From: Mustelus asterias
Taxonomy: Eukaryota
Assembly (NCBI RefSeq): GCF_964213995.1
Contig: NW_027590590.1
Span: forward strand, 186,001-246,477
Length of the DNA stretch: 60,477 bases
Direction of reading: 5' to 3'
Both the position numbers and the translations under genes were made by a program. Shown piece by piece: positions 1-11,540 of the stretch. Positions within the stretch are counted from its first letter, which is position 1. Every line of letters starts with the position of its first letter. Below the pieces are notes generated by a model. That model was not told the origin of the DNA. It searched no databases and worked only from the letters and a program-made list of their open reading frames with translations.

Positions 1-859
1 TGCTTTCGTCTGTACTGTCTCCATAAATCTGCAACTGCTCCCTTCACAGTTTCTTCACCGAACCTTCATCTATTTCCCTTCCTGTCTCCGTCTCTCCCTC
101 ATTTATCTTACTGTCTGTCCCTCTATTTATCTCCTTGCCTCTCGCACATTTCTCTCATTCCCTTTCCTCGTGTTTATATCCCTGTAACTCCATCTGTCCC
201 TCCTAATCTGTGCCTTGAATTCTATCACGGTCTCGGCCTCGAGTTCACCCACTGTCTTTCCATTCGTCTAGTTGGACCAATGAGCGGCACAGGCTTGGAG
301 GGCCGAAGGGCCTGTTTCCTGTGCTGTACTGTTCTGTGTTCTTTGTTCTTTGTTTATCTTCATTCCTTAGCTTGAAGCTTTCTGTGTTGCTGCATTTATT
401 CCCCTCACGGGATCAACATCTAAATCCACTGTTGTACAAATCGTGTATTGTTTTATTTACAATCGCAACCCCCTGAAATCTACCGCGGAGGACAAAGAAT
501 TCAGCGTCACCAGGTCACGCACAATGAGATTAGTGTTCTTGAGAAACCGTCACAATAAATAACATTCAATCTGAGCGTGTGAGGCCGATCAAATAAAACC
601 GCAGACAGCTGAGGACTTTGGATCTGCATTCGATGGAGTTTAGAGAGATGAGGGGGGAATGTCATTGAAAAATACAGCAGACTGAAAATCCTGGACAGAG
701 TGGATGTGGAGAAGATATTTCCATTAGTAGGAGAATCTAGCACACGGCACACAACCCCAGAATAGAGGGACGACACTAGAGAACCGATTTGACTTTAATT
801 TCTCTTTCCCAGGTGACTGTTTGTGTGCCAGGCAACCATTTTATGTGTACCCATCTGTA

Positions 860-1500
860 TATGGGTACACATAAGATGGGACTTAATAGACATTAAACCC
901 CCACCCCATCAACATCCTGGGAGTTCACAGAAAACTGAACTGGACCCAGGAATATAAATACAGTGGCTTCCAGAGCTGATCAAAGGTTAGGAATCCTGTG
1001 GCGAGTAACTCACCTCCTGACTCCCCAAAGCCTGTCCACCATCTACAAGGTACAAGTCAGGAGTGAGATGGAATAGCCTCTACTTGCTTGGATGAGTGTA
1101 GCTGCAACCACACTCAAGAGGCTCGACACGATACAGGACAAATCAGCCCGCTTGATTGCTACCCATTGCATGAACATTCATTCCTGCCACCACAGACGAA
1201 CAGTGACAGCCGCGTGCACCATCTGCAGGATACACTGCAGCAACTCACCAAGGTTTTTTTTTTAGGCAGCACAATCCAAACACACGAGCACTGCCATCTA
1301 GGAGAAGAAGGGCAGCGGGCACATGGGAACACCACAACCTCGAGGTTCCCTTCCAAGTTATTCTACATCCCTACATGGAAATATATCGATGTTCCTTCAC
1401 GGTCACTGGGTCAAATCACTAGAACTCCCTCACTAACAGCACAGTGTGTGTACCTGCACCTCAGGTACCACAAGAAGGCAGTTCACCACCACACAATACA
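860..1500 (+). mobile_element. Degenerate non-LTR retrotransposon 3' fragment (CR1/L2 group)
   Basis: Decayed RT C-terminal-like sequence (..TTLKRLDTIQDKSARLI..). A CR1 3' fragment lies nearby at ~610-780. Confidence 0.5.
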
Positions 1501-1959
1501 CCAATGTCAGCTGTGGGAATAGACTATCTTCGTGCTGCGAGGTGAGTCTCTGTGTCCCGGATTTATAACAATAGTCGTGTTGCTAAGTGAGTCTGTGTGG
1601 AGGTTATTCTACATCTCATTTGTTATGAACTTCAGCAGACTTTGATCCATTCTGCATTGAGTTATAGGAACGAATGCCGAGGAGTCGGTGTCCGTGGGCT
1701 CAGCTGAGTTAACAATTCTGGATGAACAGCCGGTAATTTTCTGCTATATTACCTCCACTTCTGAGCGCATCCTTCAGCTGATAGCTCGATACTCCTGGTA
1801 TCTGCTTACTATATAATTCGCGGCCTGGGGTTTAATCTCGAGATTTACCAAAGTGCTTCTATGATGATTTGAACAAGGTCAAATTGTCTGGTAAATAGAA
1901 TCGCCGCCTTCGTGAACTCGTGATCAAAACATCTTCATGGAGTTGTAAATACTCGCTGA

Positions 1960-1997
1960 GGTTTTTGTACAGGGTTTAGCTGTAACCCAACACTGTG
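1960..1997 (-). other. Recombination signal sequence of V1 (23-type, 22-bp spacer)
   Basis: CACAGTG (1997-1991), 22-nt spacer, ACAAAAACC (1968-1960). Heptamer and nonamer are both perfect consensus. Confidence 0.93.
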
Positions 1998-2485
1998 CCT
2001 CACTGCACAGTAATAGACCGCCCCGTCCTCCAAACTGAGGGCGCTTATATTGAGGGAGCCGCTCTGTGTGGACTTGTCAGCAGCCGCCAGATATCGTCCT
2101 AAAACTTTATTTTCCTTCACTACTAATGTTGTGGTAATAATCCATCTCAGTGGCTGTGCCGGTTTCTGCTGATACCATTGCATGAAGCTCATACCCTTGT
2201 CTGTATAGTTACAATCCAACTGCACCGAATCCCCTTCTGATGCGGTTTTTGTCACCGGTGACTGAGTTACTGGATCTGCGCACAGTCCACCTGTAAAGGT
2301 AGAGGAATTGAATATCAAGAGTTCATGTAAATTTATAGTTTGTGGAACCTCCCATCTACACCTCACATGGATATTTTTGATGGTTAATTAAATTGGCATC
2401 TTTGTGTATAAATATGTTTCCGTGGTTTGCTGAACGTTGTCCGGTACTTACTGTGCAAGAGCGCCAGCAGAATGATCAGAAACAT
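1998..2485 (-). CDS. TRAV: T-cell receptor alpha/delta variable gene segment (V1), germline, apparently functional
   Basis: Leader exon 2485-2452 (MFLIILLALLH, GTAAGT donor). V exon 2290-1998 follows a TTTACAG acceptor: SGLCADPVTQSP..QLDCNY..WYQQKP..LSLEDGAVYYCAVR. Canonical Cys23/Trp41/Cys104 are present and an RSS follows directly. The alpha versus delta assignment is an inference. Confidence 0.93.
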
Positions 2486-2639
2486 GTCCGAGTGGATTTA
2501 TTCCAGTGAGTGAGAATGGAGGAGTCAGAGAGTGAGGAAGGGAGCGGGAACCCAGGCTCTGCTCCGCTGATTGCAGTGTGAGTGAGTGTGAGTCAGTTTG
2601 TCTGTGTGGGTGTGAGTGTGGGGAGGGGAAGTGGAGTCT

Positions 2640-2770
2640 ATTGTGACCTCAGCAGCCTACCATCCATACAGGCTCCAGTGATAATGTCACGTGAGATTGT
2701 AGCACCGCCCCTCCCCCGACATCCCTCCCCACTCCAAAACCGGGCTCGAGATTGGCGCCCTCTGCTGACA
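2640..2770 (-). promoter_or_regulatory. V1 promoter: CRE-like site, E-box, GC box, CCAAT box and CTCF-like motif
   Basis: TGACCTCA 2644-2651, CACGTG 2688-2693, CCGCCCC ~2705, ATTGG 2751, GGCGCCCTCTGCTGACA 2754-2770. All lie 160-285 bp upstream of the leader ATG. Motif matches only. Confidence 0.5.
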
Positions 2771-3009
2771 AATGTTGTTTAATGCACGTTCGCATTTGGC
2801 TGTTGAGTCGATTCAGGGTTCACTCCAACACACACCAAGGCGCAAATGCTGCCCAGGAATCCGAATGGGTGCTCTGTAGAAAGTCCTTGTTACGTTTCCT
2901 ACTTACATCGTAAAATGATGCGGGCATCATTGCTGGAATTCTCTGTTCAAATCCCGGGTACACCGAAGTCCAGAGCATTCCAAGACTTTGGGAAAAGTGC
3001 GGTGCTAGG

Positions 3010-3315
3010 GGAGATATTTCCATGTAAGAGAGACGAGGATCCAAGGGCACAGCCTCAGAGTAAAGGGACGATTCTTTAAAGTAGAGATGAGGAGGAATTT
3101 CTTCAGCCAGTGGGTGGTGAATCGATGGAATTCATTGCCACAGAAGGATGTGGAGGTCAGGTCATTGAGTAGATATGTTTTTGATTTGTAAGGGGATCAA
3201 AGTTTCCGGGAAAAGGCGGGAGAACGGGGATGAGAAACTTAGCAGCCACAATTGAATGGCGGAGCAGACTCGATGGGTCGAATGGTCTAATGCTATTCCT
3301 ATATCTTATCGTCTT
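3010..3315 (+). mobile_element. CR1 LINE 3' end fragment
   Basis: EMRRNFFSQ.VVN.WNSLP motif followed by a CR1 3' UTR/tail. Confidence 0.7.
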
Positions 3316-3507
3316 AAAGGCTTATGGTTATAAATCAGAATAATGCCAGGGATCAACAGATTAATTTGGTTTATTTTCCTTACAAACAAGAAGGTACAAA
3401 GGCGACTCCGTTGATATGTTTGGATTTTTCCCCTTTTCAGAGAGTAACATTTAATATTATAGATACATTGTAAAGTCACCGCTTCTCCTTCTGTCTTTAC
3501 TGCTGAG

Positions 3508-3570
3508 ATGATGTGGAGATGCCGGCGTTGTGAGACTTCTTACTTTAACCTGGTGTTGTGAGACTTCTTA
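3508..3570. mobile_element. Short Penelope-like terminal fragment with 13-bp TSD
   Basis: ATGATGTGGAGATGCCGGCGTTG plus inverted terminus pieces (compare 33484-33623). Flanked by CTTTACTGCTGAG at 3495-3507 and 3571-3583. Confidence 0.6.
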
Positions 3571-3881
3571 CTTTACTGCTGAGGACAGCGGCTGAGTGAC
3601 AGAATCTCAGTGACCCATATCTGGGAAAAGGTTGTCTTTGGAGGAGGTGGACTCATAAGAAAATATTCACGTTCATTCAGTTTGGCGCTCGACATTCTTT
3701 GTGTCGTGTAGCGGGTAACATCTGTATTTTATACACGACAGCGCCCAGTTCCAAACAGTCGAGTTAGCAAAATACTAACGTGCTGCGTTTGTTCAACAAT
3801 TTCGGGCTTTTACCAAGGATTTCTGAGCTGCTTTGGATACAAGCAAACCAGTTATATTTCGGTGAAAGCGCCGGTTGCGTA

Positions 3882-3917
3882 GGCTCATTGGTCGAGGGGC
3901 ATGATTCTCGCTTTGGG
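3882..3917 (+). pseudogene. 5' half of tRNA-Pro(TGG), truncated just after the anticodon
   Basis: GGCTCATTGGTCGAGGGGCATGATTCTCGCTTTGGG matches 33/36 of the vertebrate tRNA-Pro 5' half (recalled consensus). Anticodon TGG at 3914-3916. CR1 sequence follows immediately. Confidence 0.8.
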
Positions 3918-6900
3918 CATTTGAAGTGAAACTGTGTGAGAGGTTGACTGGGACAGCCATCGTATTAAAGGGTTGGATGGAGCGAAATTTGTTGAGTGTA
4001 TTCAGGAGGAATTTCTCATTCCCGACGAGAGAGGGGGCAAAACTTTACCTCCTCTTGGGAAATAATGTGTTGTTCCTGCATGATGTGGGAGCTGGTGGAC
4101 CCCATTGTGGTTCCCAGTGAGCATGTCTGCAGTAAGTGTTGGTTGCTTGAGGTACTCCGGCTCAGGGTTGATGTGCTGGAGTCTGAGCTTCAGACACTGC
4201 GACATATCAGGGAGGGGGAGAGTTACCTGGACACGGTGTTTCAGGAGGCAGTCACACCCCTTAGACTAACTAATTCAGCCGGGGGTCAGGGACAAGAGGG
4301 TGTGGCTGCGAGCGAGGCAGGAAGTGGGATCCAGAAGGTAGAGTTGCAAGAGCCTCAGTCCCTGAATCTGTACAACAGGTTTGAGATTCTTGCTCCCAGT
4401 GTGGACGGGAACGGGGACGGCAAGGAGGATGAGCAAACTGCCCCCGGCACCTTGGTACAGGGAGCCGTTCAGGTGGAAGAAGAAAAAAGAAATGTAGTGG
4501 TAATTGGGGATAGTGTAGTTAGGGGCATTGACACTGTTCTTTGTGACCAGGATCGAGAATACCAAAGGTTCTGTTGCCTGCCTGGTTCTCGGGTCCAGGA
4601 TATCTCATCTGGGCTGCAGAGGAGCTTGGAGTGGGAGGGTAAGAATGCAGTTGTAGTGGTCCATGTAGGTACCAACGACATAGGCAGAACAGGAACAGAG
4701 GTTCTGCAGAGGGAGTATGAAAAGCTAGGAGCTAAATTAAAAAGCAGAACCAACAAGGTGGTAATCTCTGGATTACTGCCTGGGCCACAAGCGAATTGGC
4801 GCAGGGTCAATAAGATTAAGGAGGTAAATGGGTGGCTCAAAGATTGATGTGGGAGGAATGGGTTTGAATTCATGGGACATTGGCACCAGTATTGGGGAAG
4901 ATGGGACCTGTGCAGATGGGACGGTCTTTGTCTGAATCGTGCTGGGACCAGAGTCCTGGCGAATCGTATAACCAAGGCTGTAAATAGGGCTTTAAACTGA
5001 ATAGTGAGGTGGCGGGGGGGGGGGAGGGGGTGAGGGAGGGAGGGTTCAGGGGTATGGGGAATTACAAAATCAAAGGTAAAGGAGAGGGTACGAGTGCAGG
5101 TTAATGATGAGAACATTCACCTAGTTAAAGGAGTCAAGGGCTCAGGCAGAGTAAAAAAGGTGACAAACACAAGAAGGGAGGAGGTTAACACAGTGCAAGG
5201 AGATGGTCTGGGGAAGGATAACCAGTTTGCGACAGGTAGGGACAGAGCGTGCAATCAAAAGAGTGCACTAACAAATCGGGTCCATATAAAGGCTAGCATA
5301 AAGACACTTTACCTGAATGCACGTAGCATTCGAAACAAAGTGAATGAGTTGATGGCACAAATCAGTACAAATGGGTATGATCTAGTGGCCATTACAGAAA
5401 CGTGGTTGCAGGGTGACCAGGACTGGGAACTGAATATCCAGGGGTATCAGACATTTCAGAAGGATAGACAGGAAGGAAAAGGAGGTGGGATAGCTCTGTT
5501 AATTAAAGATAACATCAGGGCGGTAGTGAGAGACGATATAGGCTCTAAGGAGCAGAATGTGGAATCGTTGTGGGTGGAGATAAGGAATAGTAAGGGGAGA
5601 AAGTCACCGGTGGGCGTGGTCTACAGGCCCCCAAATAATAACTTTGAGGTGGGTCGGGCTAGAAACAAGCAAATAATGGATGCGCGCAAAAACGGAACAG
5701 CAATAATCATGGGGGATTTTAACCTGCATATTGATTGGTTGACTCAAGTCGGACGCGGTGGACTTGAGGAAGAGTTGTCGGGATAGTTTCCTCGAACAGT
5801 ATGTTACAGAACCTACGAGGGAGCAAGCTATCTTGGATCTGGTCCTGTGTAATGAGACAGGTAAAATTAATGATCTTCTTGTGAGGGATCCTCTTGGAAT
5901 GAGTAATCACAATATGGTTGAATTTCTAATACAAATGGAGGGTGAGAAAGTAGGGTCCCAAACCAGTGTCCTCTGCTTGAACAGAGGGGAGTACAATAGG
6001 ATGAGGGCAGAATTGGCTAATGTAGACTGGGAGCGCAGACTCGTTGGTAGGACAGCTGAGCAACAGTGGTGGATTTTTAAGGAGATTTTTCTCAGTACTC
6101 AGCAAAAATATATTCCTGTGATAAAAAAGGAATGTAAGAAAAGGGATAACCGGCCGTGGATAACTAAGGAAATAAAGGAGAGATTAAATTAAAAACCAAT
6201 GCGTTCAGAGTGGCCAAAACTAGTGGGGAATTAGAAGATTGGGAAAGCTTTAAAAAACAGCAAAGAACTACTACGAAAGCAATAAAGAAAGGAAAGATAG
6301 ATTATGAAACTAAACTAGCACAAAATATAAAAACTGACAGTAAAAATTTTTACAAATATATAAAAAGGTAAAGAGTAGCTAAAGTAAATGTTGGACCCTT
6401 AGAAGATGAGAAGGGGGATTTAATAATGGGAAACGAGGAAATGGCTGAGGCCTTAAACAAGTTTTTTGTGTCGGTCTTCACGGTAGAGGACACAAATAGC
6501 TTACCGAAAATTGATGGTCGTGGGGCTGGAGGGGGTGAGATCCTTAAAACGATTACTATTACTAGAGAGGCAGTGCTTGGTAGGCTAATGGGACTAAAGG
6601 TAGACAAGTCCCCGGGCCCGGATGGAATGCATCCCAGGGTACTGAAAGAAATGGCAGAAGTAATAGCGGATGGGTTGATTGTAATTTATCAAATTTATCA
6701 AAATACACTGGACTCTGGGGAAGTGCCGGCTGATTGGAAAACAGCTAATGTGATGCCACTGTTTAAAAAAGGAGGTAGACAAAAGACGGGTAACTACAGC
6801 CCGGGTTAGCTTAACGTCCATAGTTGGGAAATTGCTGGAATTCATCATTAAAGAAGAAATAGCAGGACACCTGGAAAAAAATGGTTCGATCAAGCAGACA

Positions 6901-7432
6901 CAGCATGGATTCATGAAGGGAAAGTCGTGTTTGACGAATTTGCTGGATTTTTATGAAGATGTAACGAGTGCGGTTGACAGAGGGGAACCAGTGGATGTGG
7001 TGTTTTTGGATTTCAGAAGGCGTTCGATAAGGTGCCTCACAAAAGGTTGCTGCAGAAAATTAGGGTGCACGGAGTTGGGGGTAAAGTGTTAGCGTGGATT
7101 GGGGATTGGCTATCTAACAGGAAGCAGGGAGTTGGAATAAATGGGTGCTTTTCTGGTTGGCAGTTGGTGACTAGTGGCGTGCCGCAGGGATTGGTGCTGG
7201 GGCCTCAACTATTTACCATATGCATAGACGATCTGGAGGAGGGGACCGAGTGTTGGGTAACAAAGTTTGCGGATGACACAAAGATGAGTGGGAAAGTGAA
7301 TTGCGTGGAGGATGCGGTAAGTCTGCAGAGAGATTTGGATAGGCTAAGTGAGTGGGCGAGGATCTGGCAGATGGAATATAGCGTTGGTAAGTGTGAGCTT
7401 ATCCACTTTGGAAGGAATAATAGTAAAATGGA
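3918..7432 (+). mobile_element. CR1-clade LINE, near full-length at the 5' end, 3'-truncated, frameshifted
   Basis: ORF1 (~4065-5000) has a CxxC..CxxC zinc motif and a GDS(L)/SGNH esterase (VVIGDSVVRG, VHVGTND), with a premature TGA at 4845. ORF2 (~5094-7432) has an APE endonuclease (YLNARS, AITETW, GDFN) and RT (GVPQG, FADD), broken by several frameshifts. Confidence 0.93.
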
Positions 7433-7631
7433 AGCTGCAATGCTGCCCCCTGTTGTTCACTTCTCCCAGTCTCAGCATTGCAGAGTGTTTAAACAAGAAT
7501 GGCACATTCAGCACCATGGAATGAGAACATTCGGACTAACTCTTCGTTATACAATTGTTCTGTTTGTATTAACAGTTCACAATCCAGGTCACAGATCTGA
7601 TTCAGTGAGAGGAGGTGAGAGTGCCTTTGTA

Positions 7632-7670
7632 GGTTTTTGTACGGGCTCACTGCGCCTCTGTAACAGTGTG
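7632..7670 (-). other. 23-RSS of V2
   Basis: CACACTG (one mismatch), 23-nt spacer, ACAAAAACC. Confidence 0.9.
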
Positions 7671-8108
7671 GGGCTCAGCGCACAGTGATACACGGCACAG
7701 TCAGAGACATGGACACCGGTGATATTTAAAAGAACCGTTTTCTTGTCCTTGTCCAAATTAGCAGAAAACCGGTCAGGGAAATCTGGAGACTTTTCTCCGC
7801 CACCCGTGCTATATCTCTTCAGTAAATATCTCGGAGCTTCCCCGGGATACTGGATGTACCAGAAGAGATTTGGAAAAGCATCCTTTGCTGTGTAATTACA
7901 ATTCACTGTTACGTTCAATCCTTCCTGAACCGTTAATTCAGCCGGGTCCTGGGAAACTGAATCTTGGCCATTGATTCCTGCAACAAAATGTAGAATGTGT
8001 GAGAAATCTGTGAACAAATATAACCCATGAAACACACACTGAGGATTTGAACTCAGACTCACCGGGCAGCGTGACCATTATTATCAGTAAAGCACACAGG
8101 GAACACAT
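7671..8108 (-). CDS. TRAV: T-cell receptor alpha/delta variable gene segment (V2)
   Basis: Leader exon 8108-8063 (MCSLCALLIIMVTLP, GTGAGT donor). V exon 7977-7671 follows TTGTTGCAG: GINGQDSVSQDP..VNCNY..LFWYIQYPGEAP..DRFSANLD..SDCAVYHCALSP. The frame is open and an RSS follows. Confidence 0.92.
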
Positions 8109-8239
8109 GGTTCCTGATAGGACAGTAAGCAGCGACAATGTTTACAATAAGTTGCTGCCTCTAGTCTTATATCACAGAGTCAACTCAGATCAGAGGCAGC
8201 TTCTATTATTAGGAAACTGGGAGGCGTTTCTCAGTGCTG

Positions 8240-8270
8240 CGATTGGCTCATCTCCCTGAGCTGACGTCAG
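8240..8270 (-). promoter_or_regulatory. V2 promoter CRE and CCAAT box
   Basis: Perfect TGACGTCA at 8262-8269 and ATTGG at ~8242, about 150 bp upstream of the ATG. CRE-like elements are typical of TCR V promoters. Confidence 0.55.
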
Positions 8271-8277
8271 CTGCGAA

Positions 8278-8600
8278 TCATAAAATCCCTACAGTGCAGA
8301 AGGAGGCCATTCGCCCCATCGAGTCTGTACCGGTCACAATCCCACCCAGGCCCCACTCCCGCAACTCCGTGTATTTACCCTGCGTATCCCCTGAGACTCG
8401 GGTCAATTTAGCATGGCCAATCAACCCAACCTGCACATCTTTGGACTGTGGGAGGAATCAGCAGCAGCCGAAGGGGACCCACGTAGACACGGGGAGAACA
8501 TGCAAACTTCATACAGAAAGTGATCCGAAGCCGGAATTGAACCCGGGTCCCTGACACTGTGAGACAGCAGCGCTGACCCTTGTGGCATCATGCCGCCCCG
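8278..8600 (-). mobile_element. HE1/V-SINE-type tRNA-derived SINE
   Basis: tRNA head, V-domain (GTGTCTGCGTGGGTTTCC-like) and CR1-like tail. About 20 further copies occur in the window. Confidence 0.8.
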
Positions 8601-8847
8601 TAACCAGTGAAGCAATCACTGTTAGTTAATGATTTAATATAGCTGGCTCTTTCCAATCACATTCCTTCCCTGGCCGTAAACGTATTTCTAAGTTCCTTGT
8701 TCTGTCTCTGCTCTCTCCCACATAACCAGTTATTGTGTCTCATTAACTGGTGAACTCGCTTTCCTCAGAACTCAGTCCATCAATCTTTCTGAAGGCAGAT
8801 CCTTTTTTTCTAATTCAGGTGAAAAGTGAAACTAATTTAATCATTTA

Positions 8848-9140
8848 TGGGCGACACGGTGGTACAGTGGTTAGCATTGCTGCCTCACAGCCCCAGGGAC
8901 ACGGGTTCGATTCCAGCCTCGGGTCACTGTCTCTGTGGAGTTTGCACTTTCTCCCCGTGTCTGCGTGGGTTTCCTCAGGTGCTCCAGTTTCCTTCCACAG
9001 TCCTAAACTGTGCAGGTTTGCTGGATTGGCCACGCAAGATTACCTTTAGTGTCAGGGGATAGCAGGTTAAATATGAGGGTTACGGGGATAGGGCCTGGGT
9101 GGGATTGTTGTCGGGACAGGCTCGTTGAGCCTAATGGCCA
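8848..9140 (+). mobile_element. HE1/V-SINE-type SINE
   Basis: GGGCGACACGGTGGTACAGTGGTTAGCA.. with A/B boxes and V domain. Confidence 0.8.
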
Positions 9141-9229
9141 TGACTCAACATAATCAATAGTTAGTGCTGTAAGTGTACCGGGGATAAGTCGTCACTCAAC
9201 TCTGCACCAGGAAATATTTCACGGACTCA

Positions 9230-9700
9230 TAACATAGAAACTAGAAGCAGGAGCCTTCTCCGCCATTAATCGTAATCATGGCTGATCATGGACTTCAATA
9301 TCCTGATCCCCCTTCCCCCTCGCCCATATCCCTCGACCCCTTTAGCCCCAAGAGCTATATCAAATTTCTTCTTGAAATCAGACAACGTTTTGGCCTCAAC
9401 TACATTCGGTGGAACTGAATTTCATGCATTCAACACTCTCTGGATGAAGGGATTTCCCTTCACCTCAGTTTATCCCTTATCTTCAAAAGATGACGCCTAG
9501 TTCTGGATTCCACCATTGGGAACAGTCTCCTGAATCTACCCTGTCTAACCCTGTTAGAATTTTATAAGTTTCTATGAGATCCTCTCACTCTTCGAAACCC
9601 CAGTGAATATAATCCTAACGGATTTAATCTCTCCTCATATGACAGAGCTGCCATCCCAGGAATCAGCATGGTAAATCTTCACTGTACCCCTCTATTCCCC
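9230..9700 (-). mobile_element. CR1 LINE 3' fragment
   Basis: Reverse-strand RT C-terminus and CR1 tail. Confidence 0.65.
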
Positions 9701-10084
9701 AAATAGAAAAGCTCTGATTTCAATCAGTTATTATTTCTGCTCCACGGACTTGAAAATGGGACAATTCTGAGGCTGCATTTGACAATAGATCACTTTTAAA
9801 ATGTGTTGCCTGACAGATAGGCACCGAATCCAGAATCTTTCTAAGTACAGATTAAGGAAGTTATTCACCCGGGATAATCTGCAGATTTTGTGCGGATGGG
9901 ATCGGAGAATGGTTGGATTTGATCCGGGAATAATAGGACGGCAAATGTGACATTTCACAACACTGACAATGGCTGAGCTCAGTGGGGGGAATATTATTCA
10001 GCTGGGGCTGTATTGTGGCCTTCATTTTCTGCGCATTTTCGTTGAGATCCGACTCTTTTTCTCTGACCCTGAAACGTCTGCGTC

Positions 10085-10123
10085 ACTTTTTGTCTGAGGC
10101 CCGCGGGAGCCTCACTCACTGTG
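10085..10123 (-). other. 23-RSS of V3
   Basis: CACAGTG, 23-nt spacer, ACAAAAAGT. Confidence 0.88.
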
Positions 10124-10594
10124 GGTCTCAGTGCACAGTAACACACGGCGCTGTCTCTCATCTTCAAATCTTTCATGGACAAGTGAAAAGTGCTTTGTGT
10201 CTGGTTGAGATTCCCGCTGAAGTGTCCAAAGCCGGGAGCCGTATCGGTAAACCCATAACTATTGGCTCTGAGCAGATACTGAGGAGTTTGCTGTGGATAC
10301 TGGCGATACCAGAACAGGTCATGTTGTATAGCTGAACTCGGCACAGAGTAACTGCAGGGTATTGCTGAATCTTCACCCTCTGCTGCTTCAACTCCTGGTT
10401 CTGACTGGAACACTGAGTCTCCATTGCTCATCTCTGAAAATAAACAGCGGACGCACAGCGGGTTAGGAGTCAGAGGAAGACGATAGTCACACAGCGCTGG
10501 GAAAGGGAAATTGCACAAGGTTTGCGATATACTTTACAATCTGTGACCAGAATCACTGACCTGGGATCAGTGCAATAACTAGAATCAGGAACAT
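10124..10594 (-). CDS. TRAV: T-cell receptor alpha/delta variable gene segment (V3)
   Basis: Leader exon 10594-10561 (MFLILVIALIP, GTCAGT donor). V exon 10433-10124 follows TTTTCAG: EMSNGDSVFQSEP..IPCSY..LFWYRQYP..RDSAVCYCALRP. The frame is open and an RSS follows. Confidence 0.9.
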
Positions 10595-10793
10595 TTTCAC
10601 CCCCAGCGTTCCAGTCTGAGCTCCAGAAACGGAAACAATGATCTCTCTCTGTACCGGACCTGGAATGTGAGAAGTTGAAAGAGTCAACAAGGTGTGGTGC
10701 GATTGGCTGGGGTTTATTTCCCCACCCATTTTTATATCTGCAAATAGTCACTCTCTGCAGAAGGCAACTGTGATGTTCGGTAAGTGATCAGAG

Positions 10794-10810
10794 AGCGCCC
10801 TCCCGTGGAC
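10794..10810 (-). promoter_or_regulatory. CTCF-like motif upstream of V3
   Basis: Minus strand GTCCACGGGAGGGCGCT resembles CCASYAGRKGGCRS and lies 200 bp upstream of the ATG. Confidence 0.45.
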
Positions 10811-10914
10811 ATTACAACCGCATTGGGAACAGACGCAGAAACAAGAGCCCAGATATACACACGCCGAGAAATATAAAGACCCAGAAATACCCAGTGCAGC
10901 TACAACACGGACAC

Positions 10915-11540
10915 GAGGAACAATTCGCTCCACATCCACACCGTTAATACCCCTTATGGTTTTAAAGGTTTCAATGAAGTTATCTCTGAGTCTTCGAAAC
11001 TCAAGTGGATACAAACCCAACATCAATATTCTTACCGCGGATACAGATAACCCGCACGTACCTGGATACTATTACAGCAAACCTTCTCTGAACGTTTTTT
11101 AACGCATTGCCATCTTTCTTTAGATAAGGAGATACGTATTGTCCGCAATACTCCAGGTGTGGTCTCACCAATGCCCCGTACAACGGAAACATACCCTTCC
11201 TATTTTATAATAGATCCCCTCGTAGTGAATGATCATATTTTATGACGTTTTTAATTAATTACTATACCTGTACCTTAGCCCCTTTCGATTCGTGCCCCAG
11301 GACAGCCCAATCCCTCTGTACCTCAGAATTTTGTAATCTTTCACCGTTGAAATATTAAGTGTATTTTATATTCATCCTGCCAATAGGGACATTTTCACAT
11401 TTGACCACATTATACTCAATTTGGCGGAGCTTTGCCAATTCACTTAACCTACTTATGTTTCTTTATCGTATCCTTACACGCACTTTATCATTTATCTTCC
11501 TACCTATCTTTGTATTGTCTGCAAATTTAGCATCCATATC
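10915..11540 (-). mobile_element. Old CR1 LINE fragment
   Basis: LYGALVRPHLEYC and LEFRRLR motifs on the minus strand. Confidence 0.7.

Noticed and set aside
2945-2960. GTTCAAATCCCGG as the missing tRNA-Pro 3' half
   Set aside because: Only ~13 nt match, it lies upstream of the 5' half, and there is no acceptor-stem complement.
7589-10594. NAR-TCR or IgH-like (TAILV) identity for the V segments
   Set aside because: They have their own leaders, TCR-alpha/delta-like frameworks, and no adjacent D/J cassette.
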